NCBI GenBank assembly: GCA_040357565.1
Contig: JBDODJ010000004.1
Strand: one strand, 5' to 3'
Source: Cercozoa sp. M6MM
Lineage: Eukaryota > Protista > Endomyxa: Ascetosporea
Length of the DNA: 64,000 bases
Shown piece by piece: positions 1-24,249 of this stretch. Both the position numbers and the translations under genes were made by a program. Position 1 is the stretch's first letter. The number at the start of each line of letters is the position of its first letter. A model generated the notes under the pieces. The model was not told the origin of the DNA and made no database searches. It was given only the letters and a program-made list of their open reading frames with translations.

Positions 1-407
1 GCCGCGTCAGGCTGGTAACAAGAAATTTACTATTTTGTGCAATGAGTCTGTGTATAAGAGTGCTTCCAACAGAGCTCCTGCCGTACATGCCGGAGCCTGA
101 GGTCATCGACCAGGAGTCTATGCTGCTGTCGCCGATGCCGGGCACTGTGATCTCGGTGAACATTAAGCCCGGCGACACTGTTGTGGCCGGCCAGGAGGTG
201 TGCGTGCTCGAGGCCATGAAGATGCAGAACGCCTTCTACGCGCAGCGCGATGGCGTCGTCAAGAAGGTTTCTGTCAAGGCCGGTACCTGTCACCAACCTC
301 TTGTCGTTGTTCTGTTTGAAGGTGTTGCTTTAGGCGATGCTGTCGCCGTGGACGAGTTGATCTACGAGCTCGAGCCGCCTGTTGATGACCAGCGTCAAGC
401 TGAGTAG
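1..407 (+). CDS. PCCA: Propionyl-CoA carboxylase alpha chain (or related biotin carboxylase), C-terminal biotinyl domain; 5' part lies outside the window
   Basis: LLSPMPGTVISVNIKPGDTVVAGQEVCVLEAMKMQN contains the biotin-attachment EAMKM motif; the upstream LLPYMPEPEVID segment is typical of PCC alpha; intron 283-333; TAG at 405-407. Confidence 0.75.
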   Translation, partial: RVRLVTRNLLFCAMSLCIRVLPTELLPYMPEPEVIDQESMLLSPMPGTVISVNIKPGDTVVAGQEVCVLEAMKMQNAFYAQRDGVVKKVSVKAGTCHQPLVVVLFEGVALGDAVAVDELIYELEPPVDDQRQAE

Positions 408-783
408 GGTCTTGCGAGCGCAGCGCAGTGTACTGGTCTCCGTAATATGTATACAATCGTAGCACGGAGATTTTTTTAAGCCGGCAAGCGAGCTCACCAA
501 CGACTCAATGGCGGATAGTTCTGGCATGCGAAGAGAGGAATGGCGATCGGTTATGTCAGTGGCGTACAGAACGTGCTTGAAAAGGTGAAGTCGATATGCA
601 TTTTTAAAGTACTAAAACATCAGTGACGCTTCTAATCTGATTGGTGTCGGCACGGTAACCTGACTCTGCTAAAGGTCACTTTAGTATCCGCTATACGCAA
701 GGCAAGTGAACTAACCACGACAAATTGAACTGAATGCAACTAAACACGCTACGTGATCGGGGGTCGAGTCAGGGCTCAGGGCC

Positions 784-6113
<5,330 letters not shown>

Positions 6114-6622
6114 TTGTCGCGCTTCTAACCGGCGCACAAAAATCACATCTTTGTTCAAACAACGAATATCACAACATCGTAAATGATGCATAAATGGGCT
6201 CACGTGGAGCAAGCAACGGGACAACAAAAATTACCTAAAGCCGTTACAAAAGGTTCCACGCGACTTGGCACCGTACTAAATGGCAGTTGGGGCGTGCGGC
6301 GAGCTTCAAATTTCTTTTATTTTGTCGTCATAAACAAATACTATCTAGTGGCTAATCTTGCACTTTACTGGTTTTAGTTTACAGTTTTACGCTCCATCGG
6401 CCGTGCTTATCATTACACGTGCATCCTGGGCCGGCGACATTATTCTTTTAAAAAAACAAGAACCGCACATGTGGTGTGTTTGCGTGCGGCGAAAGCGAAA
6501 CTCCGAAGCCGGTTGCGCAAGAATAAAGGCCGCACGCGAAAGCGGCAAGGCTAAAGTTGTCCCACCAAATCGGAAGGACAAGCTACGCTATTGAGCTGGG
6601 CACACAGCGAAACACGCCAAAG

Positions 6623-14499
<7,877 letters not shown>

Positions 14500-14635
14500 T
14501 CGAGTCTGGTTGTAAGTACATATTCACCGTCACCCGAACGCAGAATACTTCTAAATTTATGTAACATTGGCGGATACACTGGAGTCCTGTCAGTAAAATC
14601 ACGCACGGCTAGCGGCAAAAACCGTGTACGGTACG

Positions 14636-16353
14636 GTAGTTAGTTAGTTGAGTCTTCTAGGAAACCAACTATGTCGTTCCCCTGCACCAGTCTGGGGTGG
14701 GTCATAAGAGCATGGCCGTGTCTACCGCCCGCTTAGGATAGGACCATACAACTCCCCTTTTGACGTTCCCCAGACATCGAAGTCGACTTCATGGTTGGTG
14801 CAGGTAGCGGGCTACAAGTAAAGAGGCGTCGCAGGCGGCGTCGGGTCGTCCCGTCGTCGTCCTCCCGTCTCTCCACTCGATGACGAAACAAAACAAACAA
14901 ACGGACATAGACTTAGGGCCACCACTGCTATGAGTGGTGGCCTAGTCTATGTCGGGGACCCCTCGGTCCAGTGCCTGCTGGGAGGTTGTCCTTCGACAGT
15001 TGCTTCCTCGTCCCAGGAGATCTTGGTGCCTTGATGCATTCTGTTGAGTGTTGCTAGGTTCTCAGGGTTGGCCAGTATGTCTTCAATTGTGCGCCATTGA
15101 GCCGCATTGGTGTTGTTTCTGATAGCTTCCGTTACCTTGCATTCCAGCAATCAGTGGTACGTGTCGAGAGTGTCTTCTGCATTTTCCCAGGTACCCGCGC
15201 AGTCGGGGCACTCGCTTAAACTTACTTCGCGTTTTTGTAGTCGTTGTTTGCATCCCTTGCAGTTGGGAGTCCTGAGTCTGCCTCTGGCATTGCATTCATT
15301 GCACTTTCGGGGTATTTGGGCATAGTTGTAGTACTTGAAGCTTCCAAGTCTGTTGTAGAGGAATCTTGAAAGTGTGCGGATGTCTGCGATGCCGAGTTTG
15401 CGTTCTTTGGCTATTCTGAGCAGTTTGTTTGAGTTCCTGATATGTTTCCAAGGGTTTCTGATGTGTGTATTCTGTAGAGCTCTGACTCTGGCCCTTCTGA
15501 GAGGGCGCTGTGGCTCTTTGTTTTTGCTGTTTCGCATCTGCTTTTTCAGTTTCTTGGTGGTCTTTGTTTATTTTGATCCAGTTTCTCCTGTTGTGGTTGT
15601 CCCTTCCTTTCTTTGCTTCTTTGTCTGCTAGTTCGTTGAGGTGAATGTCGATGTGATGGTATTCGTGATGTGCATCTCCTTTGTCAGTTCCTTCATTGTG
15701 CATCGATCTCATCCATCTCTGTTTTTTGAGGTGTTGTCGGGTGCAGGATTGTTCCTTTGTTGCCAATCAGGAGTGCGATACGGGTTTCTCCTTTTTCTTT
15801 AGCGTGTTTGATGCATTGCATTATGGCAACCCTTTCTGAATCATAACTTAGATAGTCGCGTTGGTGACTTTGCCATTGCCAGATCTTAATCTTCCGTTGA
15901 CTGGATTTCCTGATGTCCAGCCGTAGCCTGCTTCGCTTCCGGCAAGGCTGCCGTCAGTGCGTACACTTGCTGTATCTCTGCTCTGTTCGAGAGGTCGCGT
16001 ATCAGTTGGAGCCACTTGTGCTTGTGGTGTTCAGCATCCATTTTCCGTATTGACCATGTCTCGTTCTCTGGGTCTGTTCGCTGTCTTGATGATCCTACCG
16101 AGGGTCTTTCTCCTTCTTTGTGGTATCCCGCTCAGTTCAGCGTCGGTGATCTTGCGGTTTGTGGCTGCTCTTCTCCAAGCAGAGATTGGTGTGGTGTCCG
16201 TTTCTAGACATAGTGTGCTCTCTTTACTTAGCGTAGTGATTGATTGATTAGTTCTGTTGCTTCTGCTCGTTCTGCCATCTCTCCGATTGTTCCTGTGTCG
16301 GTGATGGTGTACACTGCCTCGTTCGGTTTCGGAGAGCTCGTGGGTAGTCTCAT
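14636..16353 (-). mobile_element. 5'-truncated, degenerate non-LTR retrotransposon (RNase H + C-terminal CCHC; I/Ingi/Tad-group-like)
   Basis: RNase H motifs RTDGSLAGSEAGYG (~15920-15962), SYDSERVAIMQCI and HLNELADKEAKKG; CPDC...YH*LLEC zinc knuckle; frameshifts and stops; no introns; (ACTA)n-type tail at 14636-14650; exact 12-bp direct repeat GTGTACGGTACG at 14624-14635 and 16354-16365. Confidence 0.85.
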
Positions 16354-16636
16354 GTGTACGGTACGATACTTCGAGGTACCCACCGACCGGGTGAAGGTAG
16401 ACTCAGTTCGATTTAGCGTAGACTTAGCCGAACTATAGACGCCAGCAGGGCCGTGCACCGCCGCGCATGTGACCCGACCCACAGGCGTGTCCCCCATAGT
16501 AAATGACACTCGAGTAAAATGGAACGGAAGGCAGCTGCGGTCGAGTGAGCGAGAATCAAGTGGCATGCGCAACGCAGAAGCCTGAGGTGCGACCGGCGCG
16601 ACTCCTATCGGAATCGATACCGAGAGCATGCGATGC

Positions 16637-18802
16637 TTACGCGGCACCAGCCGTCTTTTGTCGCTTGGCGGCGGGCTCATCGCTGGCCTCCAGGTCACCG
16701 GCTTCAGCAGGCGTTGGTGTGCTGCGCTTCTTGGTGGGCGCAACCTCAATCACATCTTCGTCTTCCTCATCATCCTACAACACCCGACATAAGACTCCAG
16801 CATACCACTCACCAGAGCAAGAGCAATAATCCACCTGTCCCTCGCCGACGTCGATGCCACCCGAGAGCGCCTGCATGAGGACGGCCATCTGTTCCTTCAC
16901 CTAAATGCACACACGCACAAGCTTGTGTCAGACTCACGGTCAGTCCTATGGCCAGAAGCTAATTCACCATGCTGCGCACGTCACCGGCCTGCAGGGCGTC
17001 GTTGTTGGAGGCCTCAATGAGACCGTCGACCTCATCGGCGATCGTGTCAGCCAACTCGGCCACATCCTCCAGCGTAGCCAGCACGTCCTCTACTCACATC
17101 CTCGAAAGTCGAAAAAGGAACACAGAACACAGGACAACGATACGTCCTACGAACGTATTGCGGGCCTCCTCCACAGGCAGACGCATCTGCGCCGTCTCCT
17201 TCAACTGCAAGGCACCCTCCGGCACATCGTCACCCTGCGCCCACAAAAAGCTTTAAAACCACTTGATAGGACTCGCAGTGATACTACCTTCTTGGGTTCA
17301 ATCACGTCGTCGTACGAAAGCGGCGGCAGCAACGTCTGGCCTTCCGGAAGGTGTAGGTTCCAGACCTATGATTAGCAAATTCCATTGTGATGACGACACA
17401 TGGCAAGACATTTTTTCTGCGCGGTACGGAACGCAGGTCGCCAATGGCGCCGATGAAGCTGCGCAGCGCCTCGTCCAACTGTTGCACGTTGAACTGCGCC
17501 TTGCCAATCTGCCACTGTAGGGCAGCGCACTACAAAACAATACAAATGCAAAAGCATATAGAAGAAGGGACAACAGTGAGGCAGAAACACGCACCTCCTG
17601 GGCAGCGTCACGACGCAGCAATTTCGCCAGGTTGGCGTCGCCTTCCTTTTCGGCCTTCTCAGCTGCCGCCGTAGAAAACGAACGCTCCAGCTCGATCGCC
17701 TTGTTAAACTCCTTGATAGCTGCATCGCATCCTTGTCCAGGTGAAGTGGCAGGGAAGGGAAACCAAAGCTACCCTCCTCAAATGCGTCGCTTTCCAGGAA
17801 GGCCTCCGCGAGCAGACGCGACGCCTTCTGCAGTCGCTGGTGCAGGCGGCGCTTCTCCTCATCCGAAGCACTATTTTTGGTGGAAATCATAACCTGTACA
17901 CACGTACTGGAGGAGAGCAAAACAAAGCACCTCTCGGACTGCTTGACCTTGTCCTCGAGCAAGGAACGCGCCTTGCGCAGAGTTGCAATGGCTGACAACA
18001 GAAGCGAGTCAGCAGCACTGGGTTCCTCGTCTTCCTCTTCCTCTTCCTCGCCCTCTTCGGCATTTTCTTCCTGCTGCTGCTCCCCGCCTTCGGTGCTCTC
18101 CTCTTCCTCCTGCATCGCCTCCTCTTGCTTCTCCTGCTGCTCTTGCTCCTCATCACCTTCAACGGTTTCAACAATGCCGCCGAGAATGGAAGCATCACTC
18201 AGCAGACGACCGTGCCTGCAGAATCGCACATCATATTCCTTTTGTTTTCATCGACAAACGTAAAAGCAATGTACTCAAGGTTGGCCTCGGCGTACGGCAG
18301 CAGGAACTCGACCAGCGCGAACTCGGCGTCATCCTCGCCGATGTTATCGCCTGTGTATCAACATAGCGAGGAACCATCTTCTAATTTAGGTCCCACAATA
18401 CCAGCGACCATGAGAGCAACATCGAAGCAGTCGCAGGCATCCTTTAGCACCTGCTCCAAAGCAAAACTCTACTTCGAACAAGAAACCTATTCTGTAAAAC
18501 AAAAGGTGTACTTGCATGACGTTGGAATCCTCGTCTTCCTCGTCCTCTTCAACAAGGCCTTCGCGCACCTGCTGGAACTCCTTCAACTTCTTTTCGCCCT
18601 CGGCAACCTTGCCGCGCGCCCACTCGAGTGCCTTGTCCTGGGAGGAAAGAATGATAGAGTAAATGGGAGATGGAATAAACGGGACGGGTACCTTGTTGTC
18701 AAACTCAGGAACATCAGCACGCGGATCGTACTCCTCTTGCTGCTGCTGCTCCTGCTGCCGCTGCTGCTCCTCCTGCTGCTGCTGCTCCTGCTTGGCTGAC
18801 AT
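16637..18802 (-). CDS. NASP/Sim3/Hif1-like histone chaperone (TPR repeats interrupted by an acidic tract)
   Basis: Helical TPR-like exons (LAEAFLESDAFEEAIKEFNKAIELE; QIGKAQFNVQQLDEALRSF) flank a long E/D-rich insert; C-terminal bipartite NLS-like PTKKRS...PAAKRQKT. Confidence 0.6.
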
Positions 18803-18896
18803 TCTGCAAGCAATCATCATAGCACAGCAGCAGGGGACCAAAAGAAACAACCAACCTTGCAAAAAAGAACCGGTAGCCTAAGGACAAAACCTTGCT

Positions 18897-21231
18897 ATGA
18901 AACCAACTGGCTGCCTAAGGACAACTGGAAAGGATGCACTGGGGCAACACAGGGTCTGCCAACTTGGCGGCTCAATCGAGCCGATTGGGCGATCGAGCGA
19001 TCCTATTCGGCTTCAAGACGGGTTGGCACGAGTGCATTTAGACGCTCAGAAGTGCAATTTATTGAGTACAGTAGAGACAAAGTCACACTCTCCAATGAGT
19101 GTTGTCGAGGACGATCAAATTCTCTTATTCAGGCATTCACAACAAGTATGAATGTTTGCAGGCTGCAGGGTGTGGTGCGACCTTACTTGTATTATGCAGG
19201 TTACGCTTTCGACTGATGTCCCAGCCGGAACAACCGGCTATTTAGGCGCACTGACCCCCTCTGAGGCGCAGCGGTTAGGCGAGCTCGAAGAAGCTGTGCA
19301 AGAATTCTTGCGTTCTCAGCGTATCGTGCAACTCAATTTCTGTATTTGCCGTGCCTCTTTGCGAGTCAGTGACTTGTTGCAGACACCTCTGCCGCCAGTC
19401 TGGCAGTTGGCAAGCGCGATCTTCTTCGGTGTGCCGTCACTTTAATAACATGTTTTACATCGTTTGGTCGAAGTGTGCTCGCTCAAATTTAGGTTTTTGC
19501 GTGCCACCCGTTTCTCTGTCTCCAAAGCGAAAAGGTGTTTCTCTGTCAACTAGATGGTTCCAAGTCTCAAAGAGAATGATTGTGCTTGTGAAAGGCAATT
19601 GTTCGAAGCACTTCAGTTGCGCCAACGCCTTGGTATCGACCATGATGCATCATTTGACCAGTTCACGATGCCGCCGCCTTTGGTGCGTTTCTCCCGAAAC
19701 GAAGCAAAGGTTTTCATCTTCTTCCGGCAGGGCGTCGACCTGTTGGCATCGCAGTGGTTTCGTACACGCTCGCACGATGGTCACATTGTCCTGTTCGATC
19801 GACTCGGGCGGTACAGATGTCCTACCTGAGAAGCGAGTCTGGATTATCGTGCAGGCTTTTGTCTTCGCGTGTACCACGTCGACTGGCACAAATGTCGGCC
19901 GAAGTGATGAATGAAAGCAACAACAACAACAGTGAGAGTTTTTGGAGTAGCAAGGGCTATGATGACCTTTTCATTGAGCGGATTTTCGCTTGGCACTTGG
20001 AGTACCTCGGTGCGTGCATGCGACGCTTGTCGGCCGAGGCAGGAGCACCGCGTGACACTCTTCTTTATGTGACCGACATGCGCGGACTTACTGTGGCTGC
20101 CAGGCGCGCTCTTTGGCTTGTGAGACGTCTCGTGCGTTCTCTCTTCTTTTCGGTTGGTGTTTAATGTTGTTTTATGGGTACGTTTGCATAGGTGAGTATG
20201 CTCCAGCTCGCATATCCAGAGTACGTACTACAGATTCTTGTCATTAACTGTCCGCGCATCTTTCCGGCGCTGTTTAACGTACAGTCTCTGTAACTCTATA
20301 ACTTGTCCTTGTGACTGTTCACTCTTGTTTGTACTATGTGCAGCTCGTCAAACCACTGTTCAACGAAAACACTCGAAGCAAAATGCAGCTTCTTTCGCAT
20401 GGCGGGCTCGATCTGATTAAGTGTATCTGACTATTTCTTGAGTTTATTTTCGCCCCTCGTTTTATCCTCCCATATTTCCATAGCCTACGTACCTGAGGAG
20501 AATATTCCAGTTGACTTTGGTGGCCGCTTCGATTCCACACCACTCGCCGACATGGCACATGAGCAGCCTTGTTGCCGTCCACGGCATTGCTGGATTCCTC
20601 AGGTGACCTTGCTATACTTCTCTTTTTAACCATGCATGCTTCCGTTTTGGCAGGTGTTTGCCGGCCACGGAGTACGTGAAAATTGGTCGACGCAGAGTGT
20701 CACTGTGTCGGCTGGTACCGCAGCGTCCAGTGCGTTGCGCGATCCTGCTGAAATGCAAGCTACGGTATCTTGAACTTTCTCCATGCAGAAATGTGCGCAT
20801 TCGCGTTGTTGTACACAGGAGGGCAACGCTGATGCACTACAAGTGCCTCCCGGTGCCCATGCCGACTACTTTGTCCAACTCGATTCGAAAGACGTCCCGG
20901 TCAAGGTGGAGGCCAGGAGCCACAACAACACTTCTCGCGTCATCTTTGAAGTAATCGTTGGATTGAGTCTTATCCCAAAGGTATGAGCCCATATTTGACT
21001 GTTCGGCAGGGCAACATCACGGATGATGACTTTGTCAACCGCACTTGGGTTAACGACACCGAAAGCAACGTCACTCTGCATTTGCTTGGTGTGAAACTGT
21101 CTTTCAACAATATATGTGTGCATACTCCAGTATGGGTATTTCCAGTGGACAACACCAAGAGTCGCTGGACCAGCAAAACGCTTCGTTTCGCAGCGCGACT
21201 CACACCAAGCACCGAACTGTGTGTCGATTGA
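18897..21231 (+). CDS. SEC14-like CRAL-TRIO lipid-binding protein with probable C-terminal GOLD domain
   Basis: GYLGALTPSEAQRLGEL, LYVTDMRGL, LQLAYPEYVLQILVINCPRIFPALFNLVKPLFNENTRSKM, YVPEENIPVDFGG; C-terminal DNTKSRWTSKTLRF resembles the GOLD FDNxxS motif; start codon uncertain (18897 or 19095). Confidence 0.85.
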
Positions 21232-21420
21232 GCGCATCAATACGTGTATCGTATTTGTCGTCACGGCACAGCACAGGCAGATACCGGGATGCTGTACAGT
21301 TGTTCAAGTCAGAAAAAGCTACCGTAGCAACGAAATTAAAAATCGTGATTACCCACTTTAATTCATATCAAACTATGTCACATCGCCGTTGCTGTATCTA
21401 AAACAGTCCTTTTCTATAAT

Positions 21421-21960
21421 TGTTACAGCATGAGCTACTGTATCCACGCGGAAGCCACCCTACAACTTACTAAAATCCTCAAGAGAGGTGTGGAGGATTT
21501 TGATGTGTGTTCGCTGGTATCCTGACCTACTGAGAGCTCCATTCCAGACTGTGGAACACCTGTGTCTGAGTAGGGAAGCCTTGAGCAAGCTTTTGCAGCT
21601 GAACTCAAAAAGGGCTCTCTCTCGACCAGGTAATCTGATCTCTCCAGGACCAGTTGTCTCCGCTTCTACCCGTCCTCTGCCTTTCCAGAGGCCCTTCTTC
21701 TCTCTTCTTTTCTTTACTTCACGCCAACTCAAGTACTTCTGAATCCTCACTACTCTGTTCTTTCCGTCTCGGGGGCCCTTTTTACTGACTGTCCTTTCTA
21801 CAGTTACCATCTGACGGGTGCCTTTCCCGTCCACCGCCAGTGCTTTGCCGCCCAACTGAACCGTTGGGGTAACTCACTCTTTCAAACTGACACTTGGCCA
21901 CTCTCCCTCCAAGAACAGACTTTCTTACGTTCCTTAGTTTTTGATAACCACTGCCAAAGT
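21421..21960. repeat. Dispersed repeat family, copy A (starts TGTTACAG)
   Basis: First ~105 bp align with 46290-46397; 21850-21925 aligns with ~31510-31582. Confidence 0.8.
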
Positions 21961-22244
21961 ACCCTCAATTTACCAAGGCCTAATTCCTATCTGAGAGGGC
22001 TGCGGTAACATAATTTTGATTTACGAACCTTCAGTGGGCAGTACCACGTATGTGGGTAGTTCCGGGGTCTGCAGTACGAACGAACCAGAGTTTTTCTGAA
22101 TTGGATCTGCCCGGCGTTTCCCAAACTGCTTGCGTTTCTTTTGTCGTGGAATGAGTTCGTTGCTTGGCGTCCTTTGGACAGCTCGACAGATAAGTTCGAT
22201 TGAACACTGCCAGCTTCAACTGAACCGACAAACAGCTCGAGACC

Positions 22245-23083
22245 ATGACACTGACACATTTGCTTCTTCTGGCGATGTGCATGCTTGTTCGCGTGTCGGC
22301 TCAAGGCCCAATCATCAGTGAGTACGTTTATCTAATTGCAGTTATTTTGAGACTCACGGGGTGCGAATGCGTAGCTCTTCAGTGTCGCTTGCCACCGCTG
22401 GAGACTGCGTGGACAACAAAGACTGTGGTAGTTTCTCTTTCAACTCCAACAAAGCCCCCAGTAGCGTGTTGGATGCATAGTGACTGGAATCTGCCGTCCT
22501 GTCGACGCTGGCAACATCGGCACCTTCAAAGGAACATGCGTCTCTCCTGAAGAGGTCTCAACTGCTTTTTCGATCGTATGCTGCCAGTGTGTTGAAGTCG
22601 CCCTGTGGTTTTCAACAGCTTAACTTGATCGCCATGCGTCTTGCCGTGCAAGGCTCTCCAGTGCTGCCTTGCCTGAAAGGCACCGTGTTTGAGCAGCCGG
22701 GCATGAACTTTGATCTCGCGAACAACGTATATTTTCAGGTGTTTTCCGAGGGTTCTTGCCTGCTTCTGATACCTGTGCTTTCTGAAGTGTGAGTTCGGCA
22801 CCATTGTGCGTGGAACTCGCATACCCTTCGCGACAGGCAGAATTGCACCTGAGTGTCTCTGTCCGGTGGTACATTGGAGCCTACCTTTCAATACCGAAAG
22901 GAGATAATTTATTGTTTGCACCTGTAGGGATCACACTGCTTGGTCACCAACCACACCAATACGGTAATAGTTTCGTCTTTGTCAGGTGCTTAGTATTTCT
23001 GAATAAACAAAATGACAGGCGGTCGCGCGACACGTCTGGATCGGACGCTGTCGACCTCTGGATGCAGGCCAAGTTCCGGTTTT

Positions 23084-23138
<55 letters not shown>

Positions 23139-23326
23139 CCGGAACACCGGTGTAATATAGGCATGCGAAGCAATTGCTGAAACCAACTTTGACTTCCACT
23201 TTGGTAGTCAAGCATTCTCTTGTTTCGCGCATTCACGCATTTTACTCTGTACAGACGACATCGCGGATGCGCTGTATCCCCCGGAAACGAACAGCTAAGC
23301 GCAACTGTGTTTCTTTAACAAAGTGA
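22245..23326 (+). CDS. Small secreted cysteine-rich protein (~190 aa, about 9 exons), unknown family
   Basis: Signal peptide MTLTHLLLLAMCMLVRVSA-QG; GT-AG splicing gives an open model with 12 Cys in the mature chain and two CRP(V/L)DAG motifs; TGA at 23324-23326. Confidence 0.65.
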
Positions 23327-23633
23327 CTGCACCAAGGCTCGAACATGTCCGGAAGGAACTGAAAGAAAGACTGTATCTTGACCAACACGACTAAACATGA
23401 CTGTAACTTGAGACAAGCAGGCTGCCCGAAAGAAAAAAGTTGTAAGCTAGTGATCATAGTTTAAATTTATACAGCGCCAATATAAGTTTCAGTTTCATGT
23501 GAGTTGCCAGCAAACTTCGGTCCTTCCGCGACTTGGTGTTGTGGTTCGAAAATAACACCGGGTAGTTCACTTCATCCAGTCGAGTTGCACCGCACTGACT
23601 TGCAGCGTTTGACGTACCCGTTACTTTGCATTA

Positions 23634-24030
23634 TGTTACTGACGGGTGTCAGTGAGGAGAACTAAGTGAAAGAAGTAAGTCGTCTATCAGACGAAGCGAG
23701 GGAATCAAATTATTCAGTTTGTAGAAGCGAAGTGAAGAATTACCCAACTGGGTTCTTACGTCAAACTAAGTTTAGACGGAGTTGCAGACTGAATCTTCCG
23801 TCACGGGGAAAATCGTGAGAAGATTAAAAAAAAACCATCTCTCTACAGCAGCCAATGCTTGCTTGCAGAGGTGGATATCAGTACAAACTGCAGAGCAACT
23901 GACAGCTGATGCCAAGTAGATGTCGTTTTCACTTTTGCCAACTGGCAGGCTCAATCTACAGGACAGGTTTTCACACAGGTCCAGTCACAGCTCGATAAGC
24001 AGTAGTACCGCAGAGCGACAAACTCTTAAC
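23634..24030. repeat. Dispersed repeat family, copy C
   Basis: 23898-24030 aligns closely with 46392-46529 (CTTTTGCCAACTGGCAG.CTCAATCTACA, ACAGGTCCAGTCACAGCTC). Confidence 0.75.
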
Positions 24031-24249
24031 TCTTCTTTCTTTTTTTGCTTCAACTGGTCAGTCTGGGGGGGGGGGGGTTCATCCCCGCGGAGACTGCACA
24101 ATCTGAGTCAGTCTGAAACTATTTCGTATGCCGTACGTTAAACTAGCTATACGATACTGACCGATGCGAAATCAAATAATAAAAATAAACCGACTCGAAC
24201 GAGACGCGAGTCAGACGAGAGTCACCGCGATTGACTGGATGTCGTGCCG

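Noticed and set aside
14876-14890. Hammerhead ribozyme core (..GATGACGAAAC)
   Set aside because: Lacks the CUGA start and convincing flanking stems, and lies antisense to the LINE
21460-21855. 131-aa basic - strand ORF inside repeat copy A
   Set aside because: No recognisable domain, and the frame is not kept in copies B or D
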